Virus record (IMG/VR): IMGVR_UViG_2563366974_000010
Length of the DNA stretch: 64,000 nt
From: a virus
Lineage: Duplodnaviria; Heunggongvirae; Uroviricota; Caudoviricetes
Direction: 5' to 3' (one strand)
This document shows, piece by piece, positions 26,899 through 37,766 of this stretch (within the stretch, counting starts at the first letter, position 1; every line of letters begins with the position of its first letter). The notes beneath the pieces were generated by a model, which was not told the DNA's origin, ran no database searches, and was given only the letters and a program-made list of their open reading frames with translations. Both the position numbers and the translations under genes were made by a program.

Positions 26899-29841
26899 TT
26901 GGAGAATGACATGGCTGGTGAGAAGAACGCCGGTAGCATCGTTTATGAAATCAGCGCTGACGTTGAGCCGCTGCTGCAGGGCGGGAAGCAGGCCATTGAT
27001 GCTCTGGATAAATTGGATGCGGCAGCTCAGCAGTCCGGCAAGGGAATGGATAACCTCGATCAAAGCACGTCTCAAACCGGATCCGCGTTTACTGAACTGG
27101 CTGGTTATGCCAACTCGATGGATAACCAACTGCGCAAGCTTAACACCAATGTGAGCGGGATCGCCCGCGCAATGGAAGAGGCCCGCAGCGGGACCGGTGG
27201 CGCCAACAGTGAGTTCAATCGCGCTGAATCCATCATCGAGGCGCTGGGTAACCAACTCGCTGTGCTGGACGAAGCACAGGAGAATGGCGCTCGCAGTGCT
27301 GCCGTTCTGGCTGCCCAGTTGCGCGCCGGGTCAAAAGCGACCGATGAAGAGAAGCAGAAGATCGGCGAATTGACCGGCCGACTGTATGACATGAAAACAG
27401 GCGTGGAAACCGGAGCGAAAGGAACTGGAGCCTGGAAAAACAGCATGCAACAGGCTGGGTACCAGGTTCAGGACTTTATCATTCAGGTTCAGGGCGGCCA
27501 GTCCGCGCTGGTAGCGTTTGCACAGCAGGGCTCTCAACTTGCCGGTGCATTCGGGCCGGGTGGTGCGGTAATTGGTTCTGTTATCGCACTGAGTTCTGTC
27601 CTGGCCGGTGTGCTCATCACTTCTCTGAATGGCGGCAAGAACGCCATGGATGCGCTGAAAGACGCAGCCGAGGCGATGGACAAGGTCATTACCATTTCCC
27701 AAAATGGCGTGGCCGCTCTGTCTGATAAATACGCATTGCTCGCGAAAACGAATACCGAAGTAGCAACGCTGATGCGTAACCAGGCACTGCTGGAATACAA
27801 CGAGGCTATCAACAAGATACCGAAGGCGATTAGCGATGCTTCGAGCTCGTTACTTTCCTTCGGCGATAAGGCACTTTCTGCATTTTCCGGTGGTTATGCG
27901 TCAGTCGATGGCTTTAACGATCGTCTGGCTACTCTTGAAATCACCACGGATAACTATTCCGAGGCGATGAAGCAGGCATACGGTGCCGGGCAGGCATTCC
28001 AGGCGACCGCAAACAGCATTGGCAACACCGTCGGAGCCGTTGCCGACAAGTTCGGGATATCAGAGCAGAAAGCCTTCGAGTTCAGCAAGCAACTTTCCGA
28101 TATTGCCAAAAACCCAACACCGGAAGCCCTGCAGCGACTTGCTACTGAACTGCAGAACACTCAGAGCTCAACCGAGAAAGGGCAGACTGCGCTCACGGCA
28201 TTTGTTGGGAAACTGGTTGAGTTATCACGTGAAGCCGTCATTGCTAAAGGTAATGTTGCTGCTCTGAAGCAGGAAACGGATAACCTTACCGCCGGGCAGA
28301 AGAACCTTATCAAGCAGTCAGAGCGTAACCTTGCGCTGTCAAAACTGCAGGGTGAGGCTCGCGCCCGACTTCAGGCGCAATATGCCGCTGAAGATGCGGG
28401 GTTTGCAAAAGATGATCCGCACGCCAAACAAATGGAAAATGACGCTGCCGCTACGTACAAAAATACGCAGGCGCAGAAGACACTTCAGTCCGAGCAGAAG
28501 AAAGGTGCTTCCCAGGCTGATTCTATTGCTCAGAAACTGGCGAACCTGAAACAGCAATCAGAGCTCGCTGCCGACTCAACAAGCAAGCTGAGCCGGGAAC
28601 AAGCGATCCTGAATGCTCAGCAGTCACTTGGTAAAGGCGCAACGAAGGAGCAGATCGCGCTGGCTGGGCAGTACGCCGCAACAAAATGGGACACTGCTAA
28701 CGCCATTAAAGCGCAAGCGGCAGCTGAGAAGCTTCTCCCTGAGGCGCGTGAGAATGCCAGTTACAAGCAGGATGTAGAGGATCTGAACACCGCTCTGGCT
28801 GCGAAGAAAATCAGTCAGGAGCAGTTCAATCAGACTTCCGAGCGACTGGAGGCAACTCACCAGGCAAACCTCGCCAAAATCCGCGCCCAGCAGGCTGTGA
28901 CGCCACAGCAGGATGCAGTCGGTGGAGTTGACCCTGTTCAGCAACTTGCTAACGAGAACGCTCGCAAGCTAGCGCTCATTCAGGCATTCGAACAGCAGGG
29001 GCTTATCACTCACCAGAATGCGCTCATGCTGCGCGCTACAGCTGACAAGGAGTATGAGCAGGCTCGCATCGCTGCCCAATGGGAGATCTTCCGCAATCAG
29101 AGCGCAGGTAATGAAGCACTGGCGGCGTCCTTCGATGCACTGGCCGGTAATGCGTCCAACGCCTTAACCGGCATCATTACCGGGAGCATGTCAGCGTCTG
29201 ATGCCCTGCGCTCGATCGGGAATACCGTACTGAACAGCCTCATCAACACCTTCGTTCAGATGGGCGTTGAGTGGGTGAAGTCAGCCATCATGGGGCAGAC
29301 GGCCACCACTGCTGCAGTTGCAGCATCGACCACTGCTCAGGCGGCAGGCATTGCCACTACCACGGCGACGTCTACCGCGGCGGCGGCGGCTACGACAGCG
29401 GCCTGGACTCCGGCAGCCATTATGTCATCCATCGCCTCATTCGGTGGTGCGGTGGCGATCGGCATCGGAGCTATGGCTGGCATCCTGGCGCTGTCTGGCA
29501 AGCGAAAGAACGGCGGGCCCGTTTCGGCTGGCGGAATGTACCAGGTCGGCGAAGGCGGGATGCCTGAGATTTACCAGGCCAGCACCGGAAAGCAGTACAT
29601 GATACCGGGCGACAACGGTCGAGTGATCAGCAATAAGGACATGGCTTCAGGAGGTGGTGGCGGGGTGGTAATCAACATCCAGAACTACACGTCATCCTCG
29701 GTCGATGCGCAAGCTGGCACGGATGCCAATGGGGGCGTGACCGTCGATGTCATCGTCGCTGACCTGAATAATGGCGGGCCGATTAGCAGCGGTATAACCA
29801 GCAACTTCAATGTCAAACGCAAGCCAAGGGGGCAGGGCTGA
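26899..29841 (+). CDS. Tail tape measure protein
   Basis: 980 aa, Ala/Gln-rich helical, Gly/Ala-rich TM-like segments near C-terminus. Confidence 0.85.
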   Translation: MENDMAGEKNAGSIVYEISADVEPLLQGGKQAIDALDKLDAAAQQSGKGMDNLDQSTSQTGSAFTELAGYANSMDNQLRKLNTNVSGIARAMEEARSGTGGANSEFNRAESIIEALGNQLAVLDEAQENGARSAAVLAAQLRAGSKATDEEKQKIGELTGRLYDMKTGVETGAKGTGAWKNSMQQAGYQVQDFIIQVQGGQSALVAFAQQGSQLAGAFGPGGAVIGSVIALSSVLAGVLITSLNGGKNAMDALKDAAEAMDKVITISQNGVAALSDKYALLAKTNTEVATLMRNQALLEYNEAINKIPKAISDASSSLLSFGDKALSAFSGGYASVDGFNDRLATLEITTDNYSEAMKQAYGAGQAFQATANSIGNTVGAVADKFGISEQKAFEFSKQLSDIAKNPTPEALQRLATELQNTQSSTEKGQTALTAFVGKLVELSREAVIAKGNVAALKQETDNLTAGQKNLIKQSERNLALSKLQGEARARLQAQYAAEDAGFAKDDPHAKQMENDAAATYKNTQAQKTLQSEQKKGASQADSIAQKLANLKQQSELAADSTSKLSREQAILNAQQSLGKGATKEQIALAGQYAATKWDTANAIKAQAAAEKLLPEARENASYKQDVEDLNTALAAKKISQEQFNQTSERLEATHQANLAKIRAQQAVTPQQDAVGGVDPVQQLANENARKLALIQAFEQQGLITHQNALMLRATADKEYEQARIAAQWEIFRNQSAGNEALAASFDALAGNASNALTGIITGSMSASDALRSIGNTVLNSLINTFVQMGVEWVKSAIMGQTATTAAVAASTTAQAAGIATTTATSTAAAAATTAAWTPAAIMSSIASFGGAVAIGIGAMAGILALSGKRKNGGPVSAGGMYQVGEGGMPEIYQASTGKQYMIPGDNGRVISNKDMASGGGGGVVINIQNYTSSSVDAQAGTDANGGVTVDVIVADLNNGGPISSGITSNFNVKRKPRGQG

Positions 29842-30338
29842 TGCCAATTATAGACTATCCCGACTGGCTGCCGCTGGCGCAGAAGGCCAGCAAAAACATG
29901 ACTCTCGATACCGGGTTCCAGGCCGATCAGCCAGCGGTCGGCCCGGCCATCTTCGAGAATCAAACCGACGACCTGAAAGTGACCTGGTCGCTGACGTGGA
30001 TATTCACCCTGGCGCAGGAGCGCGCTTTCCAGCAGTGGCTGCGCAGCCCGAACTATCTCAACCGGGGCCTGAACTGGTTCCGGATGAATATCAACCTGGG
30101 CGGCAGTGGCCTCCAGCTGCAGGAGCTTCATTTCACGCAGATGCCGGTGCAAACCAGTATCGACGGCGGGGTGGTGACCTGGACGGGAACCGTTATTGCG
30201 AACCACCTCTACAATGCCGACGACGAATTTGACGACATCATTGTTGAACTGCCGCCGCCGTGGGATTCCTGGCTGGATATCGTTGTCACTGGCTATCCGG
30301 ACGGACGCGATCCTGAATCACTACCGAGGGTGCCGTAA
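29841..30338 (+). CDS. Minor tail protein
   Basis: Position after tape measure. Confidence 0.5.
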   Translation: MPIIDYPDWLPLAQKASKNMTLDTGFQADQPAVGPAIFENQTDDLKVTWSLTWIFTLAQERAFQQWLRSPNYLNRGLNWFRMNINLGGSGLQLQELHFTQMPVQTSIDGGVVTWTGTVIANHLYNADDEFDDIIVELPPPWDSWLDIVVTGYPDGRDPESLPRVP

Positions 30339-30808
30339 TGCCGAGCTTCAGGGAGTATAAGCAGCAGCGGCCGACGCGCGGGCTGTACGACACCATCACG
30401 TTCTACCATCCATCCTTTGGCTACGTCCGCCTGGTCGACAAGCAGTTCTTTCCGAAGACGCTCGGCGGCCAGACGTATATGCCAGCGCGCTTTGAAATCG
30501 AAGAGAGCCAGCAGAGCGGCACGCCGGTGATCGACGCGACGGTGAAGTTAGGGCGGCTTTCGTCGGACATCAAAGCGCTGATGAAGCAGTGGAAGGGCGC
30601 GGCCCGGCTGACGGCCATCACGGCCACAAGGCAGATCTTCGATAGCGGGGACGTGTCTGTGCCGATTAAGTCCTGGCAGTTATACGTCAAGACAGTGGAC
30701 ATCGATGCTGACTCCGCGTCGGTCACTCTGTCCGTCACCAACCCGCTGAACAACAACATCGGAAGGCTCTATGACCCAACGGAATATACCGGCCTGCAGT
30801 ACCTCTGA
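30338..30808 (+). CDS. Minor tail protein
   Basis: Position. Confidence 0.5.
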   Translation: MPSFREYKQQRPTRGLYDTITFYHPSFGYVRLVDKQFFPKTLGGQTYMPARFEIEESQQSGTPVIDATVKLGRLSSDIKALMKQWKGAARLTAITATRQIFDSGDVSVPIKSWQLYVKTVDIDADSASVTLSVTNPLNNNIGRLYDPTEYTGLQYL

Positions 30809-31187
30809 TTTTGCTCGGAAGGTGATCGGCGTGCCGTGGGCTAACCGGGCCTGCTCGTTCGATAGGGTCGACTGCTGGGGCTTGTGCGTGCTGTATTACC
30901 GGCACGTTCTCGGCATTGAACTGCACCAGACGCCGGACTACGAAGCCGGTGAGGACTTCTTCACCTGCTATCAAAGTGATGTCGTTTTCTGGCACCCGGT
31001 GGATAAGCCGGTCGAGGGCGGGATATTCGTCGGGTACCGCGGCGCGCAACCGGCGCATGTTGGCCTGGTACTGAACCGGCAGGCGCTGCACTCGCGCGGC
31101 GAGAACGGAAGCGTACGCATGGACTCGTTGCTGGTCATTCAGCGGGCATTCACCAAAGTGGAGTTTTTCGAATATGGCGCTGGTTGA
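30771..31187 (+). CDS. Tail-associated NlpC/P60-type peptidase
   Basis: Candidate catalytic Cys in DCWGLC and His in AHVGL. Confidence 0.55.
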   Translation: MTQRNIPACSTSDFARKVIGVPWANRACSFDRVDCWGLCVLYYRHVLGIELHQTPDYEAGEDFFTCYQSDVVFWHPVDKPVEGGIFVGYRGAQPAHVGLVLNRQALHSRGENGSVRMDSLLVIQRAFTKVEFFEYGAG

Positions 31188-33651
31188 GATATCGAATTTT
31201 CCAGGAACGCCTAAGCTGCGTTGCAGGGTGCCAAACGGCACCCTTTTTTATGACTGGCTGGCGGCCAATGATGGTAACTTTCACCGCGATCTGCTGATCG
31301 TCCGCAACGGCGTAAAGTTGGGCGAAGATGATGAGCTGGCGTTTGAGCTATGCGAACTGGACACCGTCCAGATATTCGACCAGCCGAAGGGCATCATTGG
31401 CGACATTCTCAGCCCGATCTTCAAAGTTGTCGGCGCGGTATTCTCTTTCCTTGCGCCAAAGCCGGCGATCGCCAATACAGGCGGCAACACGATTGACTCG
31501 CCAAACAATAGCCTGACCGGCCAGACGAATACGGCGCGCGTCTACAAAGCAAAACCGGACATCTACGGACAAATCCGTTCGTTCCCGGACCTGATTCAGG
31601 AGTCGCTTTTCGAATACGTGCGCCAGAGCGACACGGATGGCGGCCTGAAGTACGTTACTGAGTGGATGTGCATCGGGATCGGCAAATATGATTACGAGTC
31701 TGTGCGTTATTCAGAGTCCAGCCTAGGAAGTATGGCCGGTGCAGAGTTCCAGTTTTACCAGCCGGGTGAAGTGATCCCTACCATCAACGAAGGCTACGGG
31801 TTCGACGACGTGGATGGCCAGGAAGTGCCCGGGCAAAACGAATCGGATAATTTCCCGATCGAGACTGCTACGGCTACTACGGTTGTGAGCGGAACTTACT
31901 CCGGCGGGCAGATTGCGGTAAAAATTATCAAGCAGGCTGAGTTTGATTACTTCATGGGCCTGGTCCTGCCGCACGCCGTTACTTTTACGATTAACGTCAC
32001 CTACAGCACGCCAACCGGCAACGTAACGCAGGATGTCGATTTCTCCGGCACGCTGATATCGGCTGTCGAAACAAACGACGGCGCGGTGGTTAACCCGGTC
32101 CGGTGGTACACATTCACGATGAGGGATCTAATTGGCCCTCCTGACGTGCCGGCAACGGCGACTATTAACACGACGAAGTTCATCCTTAACGATAACGAAG
32201 CGCTAGTGGTAGGCCCGTTCTTCTCGCCGGTCGAATCTGCCCAGTTATGGCTGCACACTCAGGTGCAGCTGGGCGGCAAAAAGTCCGCTGACTGGAAGGT
32301 CACGATCTGGAAAATTGACGATTACTACAACCAGGTGCCGGGTACTCAGCAGACGTTCACGTATCATCAGGGGACGCCGCACAAATCATCGAGCGAAGTA
32401 TTTTACCGTACCGATAAGCTGACGCCGACCGGCGGTTTCGGCAAGTACGCTATTAACTTCCAGCGCACAGATAACTCGAGTGATGCCTCTATCCTGAAGG
32501 TTGAGGAGATCCACTCGGTCAACGTCAGAACCAACGTCGTGCATCCAACCGATACGCTGGTGCGCGTGAAGGTAAGGGCGACGGAGAACGCCCTGGGCAG
32601 CCGTGACCGCAAGTACAACGCACTGGTGACGCGTCAGACCATCAGTTACAACCTGACGACGCAATCGGTGGATTACACCCTGCGGGCCTCGCGCTCGTTC
32701 GCTGATGCAGTGGCGCATACCTGGCTGATTATGGGCGAGCAGCCGGTAAGTAGCATTGACCTGTACGGGCTGTACTCGATTGCCGAAAGTCTGCCGGATG
32801 AGCGCCTGGGTTACTTCGACTACACGTTTGACGACGAGAACGATTCGTTGGGCGACAGGGTGCAGGCTATCTGCAATGCGGCCTCTGTCATTGCGTACTG
32901 GGACGATGGCGTGCTGACGTTTACTCGCGATCAGAAGGTTGAGTACCCGGCGGCCGTATTCAACCGGGCCAACATGAAGACGGACGAGTACAAAATGACG
33001 TACGAGGCCACTCTTCCTGGCGGTTACGACGGCGTGCAGGTGTCCTATGTTCACCCGACCACGAACAACAAGACGTACATCAACTATCGCGTGCTGAACG
33101 GCGCCATTGTCGAACAGGAAGCGCAGAACCCGAACAAGCTCGAGATTGTCGGCTTCCGTAACGAGTATCAGGCGCGTGAGCGCGCGCTGCGAGAAACCAA
33201 ACGCCTGATTTACTCACGCGTGAATATGAACGCAAAAGTGTTCGAGGACGGCATTATCCAGGTCGGTAGCGTCATTCAGATGCCCGACATCTACGACAGC
33301 AACCAGCAACAGGGTTACATCACCGGGCGCGCCGGTAATAACTTTGATACCAGCGAGCCGATCACGTTTACCGGTTCGATGTATGTGCTGGTGACAGACA
33401 GCCTGGGTAACCCGACGCTGCGCTATCCAGCGGCGGCGCGTGGCGACACGAAGTACGGATTCACCGCGGCTATCCCAAACATTCAGCTCAATATCTGGAA
33501 CGGAGACACTGTGCAGCTCCCGTCGCGCTATCTCATTGCGACAGAGGAGGAACTGGACAGCCAGCTATGGACGGTCAACAGCATCAAACCGAACACAGAT
33601 AACACGGTATCTCTGACAGTCGCGGAATACAGCGACGCCATCTACGAATAA
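31174..33651 (+). CDS. Tail tip / host-specificity protein (J-like)
   Basis: 825 aa, position after tail peptidase. Confidence 0.55.
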   Translation: MALVEISNFPGTPKLRCRVPNGTLFYDWLAANDGNFHRDLLIVRNGVKLGEDDELAFELCELDTVQIFDQPKGIIGDILSPIFKVVGAVFSFLAPKPAIANTGGNTIDSPNNSLTGQTNTARVYKAKPDIYGQIRSFPDLIQESLFEYVRQSDTDGGLKYVTEWMCIGIGKYDYESVRYSESSLGSMAGAEFQFYQPGEVIPTINEGYGFDDVDGQEVPGQNESDNFPIETATATTVVSGTYSGGQIAVKIIKQAEFDYFMGLVLPHAVTFTINVTYSTPTGNVTQDVDFSGTLISAVETNDGAVVNPVRWYTFTMRDLIGPPDVPATATINTTKFILNDNEALVVGPFFSPVESAQLWLHTQVQLGGKKSADWKVTIWKIDDYYNQVPGTQQTFTYHQGTPHKSSSEVFYRTDKLTPTGGFGKYAINFQRTDNSSDASILKVEEIHSVNVRTNVVHPTDTLVRVKVRATENALGSRDRKYNALVTRQTISYNLTTQSVDYTLRASRSFADAVAHTWLIMGEQPVSSIDLYGLYSIAESLPDERLGYFDYTFDDENDSLGDRVQAICNAASVIAYWDDGVLTFTRDQKVEYPAAVFNRANMKTDEYKMTYEATLPGGYDGVQVSYVHPTTNNKTYINYRVLNGAIVEQEAQNPNKLEIVGFRNEYQARERALRETKRLIYSRVNMNAKVFEDGIIQVGSVIQMPDIYDSNQQQGYITGRAGNNFDTSEPITFTGSMYVLVTDSLGNPTLRYPAAARGDTKYGFTAAIPNIQLNIWNGDTVQLPSRYLIATEEELDSQLWTVNSIKPNTDNTVSLTVAEYSDAIYE

Positions 33652-33673
33652 GAACCGTCCCCGACAAACCTAA

Positions 33674-33698
33674 CCCGGCCATCGCGCCGGGTTTTTTT
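33674..33698 (+). terminator. Intrinsic terminator
   Basis: CCCGGC-catcgc-GCCGGG then T7. Confidence 0.65.
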
Positions 33699-33709
33699 AT
33701 GGAATAAAT

Positions 33710-36292
33710 ATGGCCACTACACCTACTAATCTGCCAGTACCTAGCGAATCCCCGCGCGACCTGAAATTTAACGCAGGGAAAATTGATGAGTTCGTGACTT
33801 CATTCGCTCTTAGTTATATTGACCGCTTTGGAGATGAACACTACACGATTGAAGGATTAAGATGGCTTGCACAGCGGGCTATAGCTGAATTTGGATGGAT
33901 ACCTATCGGGACATTTCAGAGCGGCGCTGTTATAACTCTACCAAATCAAATATTAAAAGATGAAAATGATGGAGAATACTATAGATGGGATGGGCCGCTT
34001 CCTAAAATCGTTTCTCCTAATTCAACACCTGATAGTGCCGGGGGAATAGGTAAAGGCAAATGGATAGGTGTAGGCGATGCCAGCTTACGTAGTGCTATTA
34101 CTGAGACAACGAAAAAATACACTACATTTACAGACGCCATCAATTCTACTATTGATCTAGTTATCGGGTGCGTTATTACTGGTGGAAGAGTTTCCATCAA
34201 TGACGGAGGTGGCGGCATATACGTCAGGAACGGAACTGGCACGGCAGGAGATACAGATGGAGGAAGTTACTTTGTTACCCCTGATGGGTCAAGGTTTGAC
34301 TTAGTATCACCTGCAAATATTTCAACTTTTGGCGGCGTTCCTGGGCATGACTACCGTGCTGCTCTTGACGGTATAAAATCGTATGTTTCAACAAGAGATA
34401 AGGTAATTAGAATTAATTCTAAAACTATTGTTAGTATGGTATTTACACCAGAGATTCCTGCTGGATACTGGAATGGATTCATACTTGACGTAGATGATAG
34501 CGTGACAATTAATACCGCAAGCGATGAAGCTGTCAAATCACCATTGGTAAAACTTGTCAGACCTGTAAAATTCTTTTTTACTGGTAATAGCACCAGTTAT
34601 TTATTACGTTCAAGTGTTGGAATTACAAAAGGTGAATATACACCACTTGTTCCAGGTACATTACCAACTCCGCCGATCATAAAAAATGCAAACTACACAG
34701 ATAATAAAACGTTATTTTGTGATATTCAGGATAAAGAAACTCCGGTCTTGACGGTTTTTACCTCTGGATGGTCTTTTCTGTCAGGTGTATGGCCTATGGG
34801 TGTTGTTGCGGATACACCTGCAGCGTCACTGGCTGGGGATGCAGTATCAATTCCAGCCCCTACAGGGAATCTTGTTTTTGCTGCATACAGCAGAGTGAAG
34901 CCGTGCTCTGAATATTTCTTGTCGATGTATGAGGGTGACAACACCGGTGGTCTGCCATGCGTTGTGGTTGAAGCTGAAAGTATGCGTTGGATCTATTACG
35001 AGGATCATTTTGGACATGGTAATTTAATTGAGGGAACAATTGGCGGAGCATACTCTACAAAAAGCATTGCATATGCTGGATCTGATACTCATGCTTCACA
35101 ATGGCTAAAAAACAGTATTGCATCCGTTCGTGTTGATACGCTTAAGTCATTCACTATCCTGGTTAACGGGATAGAGCGAGTTACAATTCGTCAAACCGGG
35201 AGAATCATTGGTCGTGTAGGATTTGGATCACTTGGCGATGGCGGTAAGTATATGTCTGTCTTCTATCCATACATTATCGAAAATCGACAATACCGCTCTG
35301 CAAAACCGATAAATATCGCTGTTGTAGGCGATTCAATCACTGATGCCTCTATGGGAAATGGATGGGTACAGTTCGCGCAACAAGCACTAGAAGGAACTCA
35401 CGGCATTCGCGTTGGACGTATGCAGACAATTGCAATAAATGGGTATGCATCAGGAGATATCGCTAATATATTTAATGTCACATCGTTGGATGATATCGAT
35501 GTAGTGCTTTTCCAAATCGGAGTGAATGATATTCAAAGGCAATCCGGACGAGAGGCATTACGAAATAACGTTAAGCAGATGATGCTGACTGCAAATAACC
35601 TTGGGATTCCCTGCATTGTATCTTTGCCTACACAGTTCTATACCAGAGATCAGAGTGTTACGTTAACCGGGGTTGCTGGTTATGGACAGCCTTCGGCAAA
35701 TTACGAGCTTGGGGCGCTTTACAGGGCGATACTTGCCAGCACAGTAGCTGTTCGTAATACAGAGGTTAATCAGCCGCTTAATGCCCTGAATACTGGTTCT
35801 CTTGACGATCTCGGACCAATCGTAGCCGAATATCTCCTGACAAATCAGGACCCTGTTGTTATGGACAACATTCACCCGACCACATACGGAAGAATTCTTC
35901 TCGGCTTGTCAAATGCCAGAGCTATTGCATCACATATGTTCGGTAGACGTAATGATCCTATAATTAACCACTGGATGCCAGGTGCGTGGGGGGCAAATAA
36001 CTGGTCAGTAACTTCACTGGTTCGTGCTGCTGTAACATCATATCCCGATGGTAAAATTGCATTAACTGGCACTATCGCTAACATCGGAACAGGTATAACC
36101 GCCGACGGTACGACAGTATGCAACCTTCCGTTGAGCATCTCGCCAGTTAGGAAAATGGCATTTTCTGTTACAAAACTTGATGCAAGTGGCCTCCCTATTG
36201 GACAGGGTAATATTGTTATTGATACAAATGGAACTGTTAAAATATACGGATTTCAAACGGGGAATGTGTCACTAGACGGGGTGTTATATTGA
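33710..36292 (+). CDS. Tail fibre / tailspike with SGNH (GDSL) esterase domain
   Basis: Internal blocks VVGDSITDAS (GDS block), FQIGVNDI (GxND), DNIHPT (DxxH); N-terminal fibre-anchor-like region. Confidence 0.65.
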   Translation: MATTPTNLPVPSESPRDLKFNAGKIDEFVTSFALSYIDRFGDEHYTIEGLRWLAQRAIAEFGWIPIGTFQSGAVITLPNQILKDENDGEYYRWDGPLPKIVSPNSTPDSAGGIGKGKWIGVGDASLRSAITETTKKYTTFTDAINSTIDLVIGCVITGGRVSINDGGGGIYVRNGTGTAGDTDGGSYFVTPDGSRFDLVSPANISTFGGVPGHDYRAALDGIKSYVSTRDKVIRINSKTIVSMVFTPEIPAGYWNGFILDVDDSVTINTASDEAVKSPLVKLVRPVKFFFTGNSTSYLLRSSVGITKGEYTPLVPGTLPTPPIIKNANYTDNKTLFCDIQDKETPVLTVFTSGWSFLSGVWPMGVVADTPAASLAGDAVSIPAPTGNLVFAAYSRVKPCSEYFLSMYEGDNTGGLPCVVVEAESMRWIYYEDHFGHGNLIEGTIGGAYSTKSIAYAGSDTHASQWLKNSIASVRVDTLKSFTILVNGIERVTIRQTGRIIGRVGFGSLGDGGKYMSVFYPYIIENRQYRSAKPINIAVVGDSITDASMGNGWVQFAQQALEGTHGIRVGRMQTIAINGYASGDIANIFNVTSLDDIDVVLFQIGVNDIQRQSGREALRNNVKQMMLTANNLGIPCIVSLPTQFYTRDQSVTLTGVAGYGQPSANYELGALYRAILASTVAVRNTEVNQPLNALNTGSLDDLGPIVAEYLLTNQDPVVMDNIHPTTYGRILLGLSNARAIASHMFGRRNDPIINHWMPGAWGANNWSVTSLVRAAVTSYPDGKIALTGTIANIGTGITADGTTVCNLPLSISPVRKMAFSVTKLDASGLPIGQGNIVIDTNGTVKIYGFQTGNVSLDGVLY

Positions 36293-36298
36293 AGGTAA

Positions 36299-36322
36299 GG
36301 GGTGATAAAACACCCCTATTTT
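36299..36322 (+). terminator. Intrinsic terminator after tail fibre gene
   Basis: GGGGTG-ataaaa-CACCCC then TATTTTATT. Confidence 0.55.
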
Positions 36323-36328
36323 ATTGCA

Positions 36329-37414
36329 CTAAATAAAACGCCTTGTAAATTTTGCTATTTTTTTCTCAATCAACGAGTGAACTAAGCACCCTGTAATAAT
36401 GCTAAATAACACATAAAAAGCAAGGTACATAAATACACTGGTATGCAGATGTAGTTCCAGTCGCTCCCACCAGTGCGCAAGCAATGATGTAAATAAGCCA
36501 TGTATGAGGTATATGCAGTACGAAGCATTACCTAAGTAAACTAATATATTCGGAGTCTTTACTTTACCCTCAAGGCTAATTGTTGCCCATACGATGTAAA
36601 AAGAAAACGCTCCCCATATAAGAGGTCTGTGCCATAAGTTCCCTACATACGTAGTTATTAAATATTTTTCAAGGATATAAAATAAAGGCAACGAACAAAT
36701 CAATATAGCAGTAGCAAGTTTGGCGTTAAGAAATATTTTTGATATGTACAGTCTGTACATAAACATACCCAAAGCAAACTCAATCATTACTGGCTGAGAG
36801 ATTACCTCAATTGGAGGGAAATACGCTTTAATAAAATTTGCGGCATGCTCGTTTTTAACTAAAATGTTACAAACGATAACTATTGTCACAAATGAAATTT
36901 CTATTTTCTCTATTTTTGAAACGCCAATTGCAATAAAAATAGCGAAGATAGCATAAAAGAAAAATTCAAACTGAAGAGTCCACCCAACACCTAGTATTGG
37001 TCCCTTATCCCAATGGGTGAACGTTATGCTCCTAAAAAAATACACTAAATCTATTTTATCAGATGGAAACCAAAAAAGTAACGGTCTTGCTGGGGAGGTG
37101 ATTTGGTATGAAACCAAATAAGAGACATAAACAGCACATGCCGTAAGGATAATATATAAAGGAAGTATCCTAACCAATCTTCTTAAAAAGAACTTTGCCG
37201 CTGAAATATTAAATGGCCCATCAGCTTTTTTACCTCCATAAGCAATAAAAGGCATTATAAACCCACTAATTATAAAAAATATATCAACACCTATACCACC
37301 AAGGCCTGACATCCTTATTCCATACATTACAATCTCAGAATGTGCAATGACGACAATCAATGCGGCAAAGAAGCGCAATACCTGTATGTTATAAATTGTT
37401 TGTTTGTTATCCAT
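36329..37414 (-). CDS. Membrane acyltransferase (acyltransferase-3 / OafA-Oac-like)
   Basis: N-terminal VLRFFAALIVVIAHS motif, about 10 TM helices, AT-rich gene. Confidence 0.75.
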   Translation of the reverse strand: MDNKQTIYNIQVLRFFAALIVVIAHSEIVMYGIRMSGLGGIGVDIFFIISGFIMPFIAYGGKKADGPFNISAAKFFLRRLVRILPLYIILTACAVYVSYLVSYQITSPARPLLFWFPSDKIDLVYFFRSITFTHWDKGPILGVGWTLQFEFFFYAIFAIFIAIGVSKIEKIEISFVTIVIVCNILVKNEHAANFIKAYFPPIEVISQPVMIEFALGMFMYRLYISKIFLNAKLATAILICSLPLFYILEKYLITTYVGNLWHRPLIWGAFSFYIVWATISLEGKVKTPNILVYLGNASYCIYLIHGLFTSLLAHWWERLELHLHTSVFMYLAFYVLFSIITGCLVHSLIEKKIAKFTRRFI

Positions 37415-37728
37415 TTTTTAATAATTGGTAATTACGTGCTTAAGGTTCCAAAAGATTCCAGTTATTCACTGGGGCTGTAAGATTTTAACATCAATGCTTG
37501 ATGGTTGACACACTGAATGCAGTTTAATATTTAATAACAACAAAATAATAACCAACTGTAATTAGCATGCTATAAATAACGTTGAAGATTACATCTCATG
37601 CTTCTATATCGCAGTAAAGTCAACATAGATTAACTTCTGCTTTTCCATCCACAACTTTATCTCAAGCTACAACAACAAGTTGCATGCTAACTATTTCACG
37701 GTACTTGATGTGCGCTCTGTAAGAGTAG

Positions 37729-37748
37729 TACTGTATGTATAAACAGTA
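37729..37748 (+). promoter_or_regulatory. LexA (SOS) box TACTGTATGTATAAACAGTA
   Basis: CTGT-N8-ACAG palindrome 19 nt upstream of the UmuD-prime-like start. Confidence 0.75.
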
Positions 37749-37766
37749 TTTATGGGAGTGCAAATC

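Larger units (their letters stand above)
1..37450. mobile_element. Lambdoid prophage A (partial; integrase end upstream of window), early region through tail fibre
   Basis: Gene order repressor/cro - replication - nin - Q - lysis - terminase - portal - capsid - tail - tape measure - tail fibre read from translated ORFs; right boundary approximate. Confidence 0.8.

Noticed and set aside
26855-29841. Multiple antisense and alternative-frame ORFs within the tape measure gene (for example 26872..27255, 27105..27446, 27331..27815 on minus; 29271..29602 on plus)
   Set aside because: Shadow ORFs inside a long, clearly coding gene; no independent RBS support
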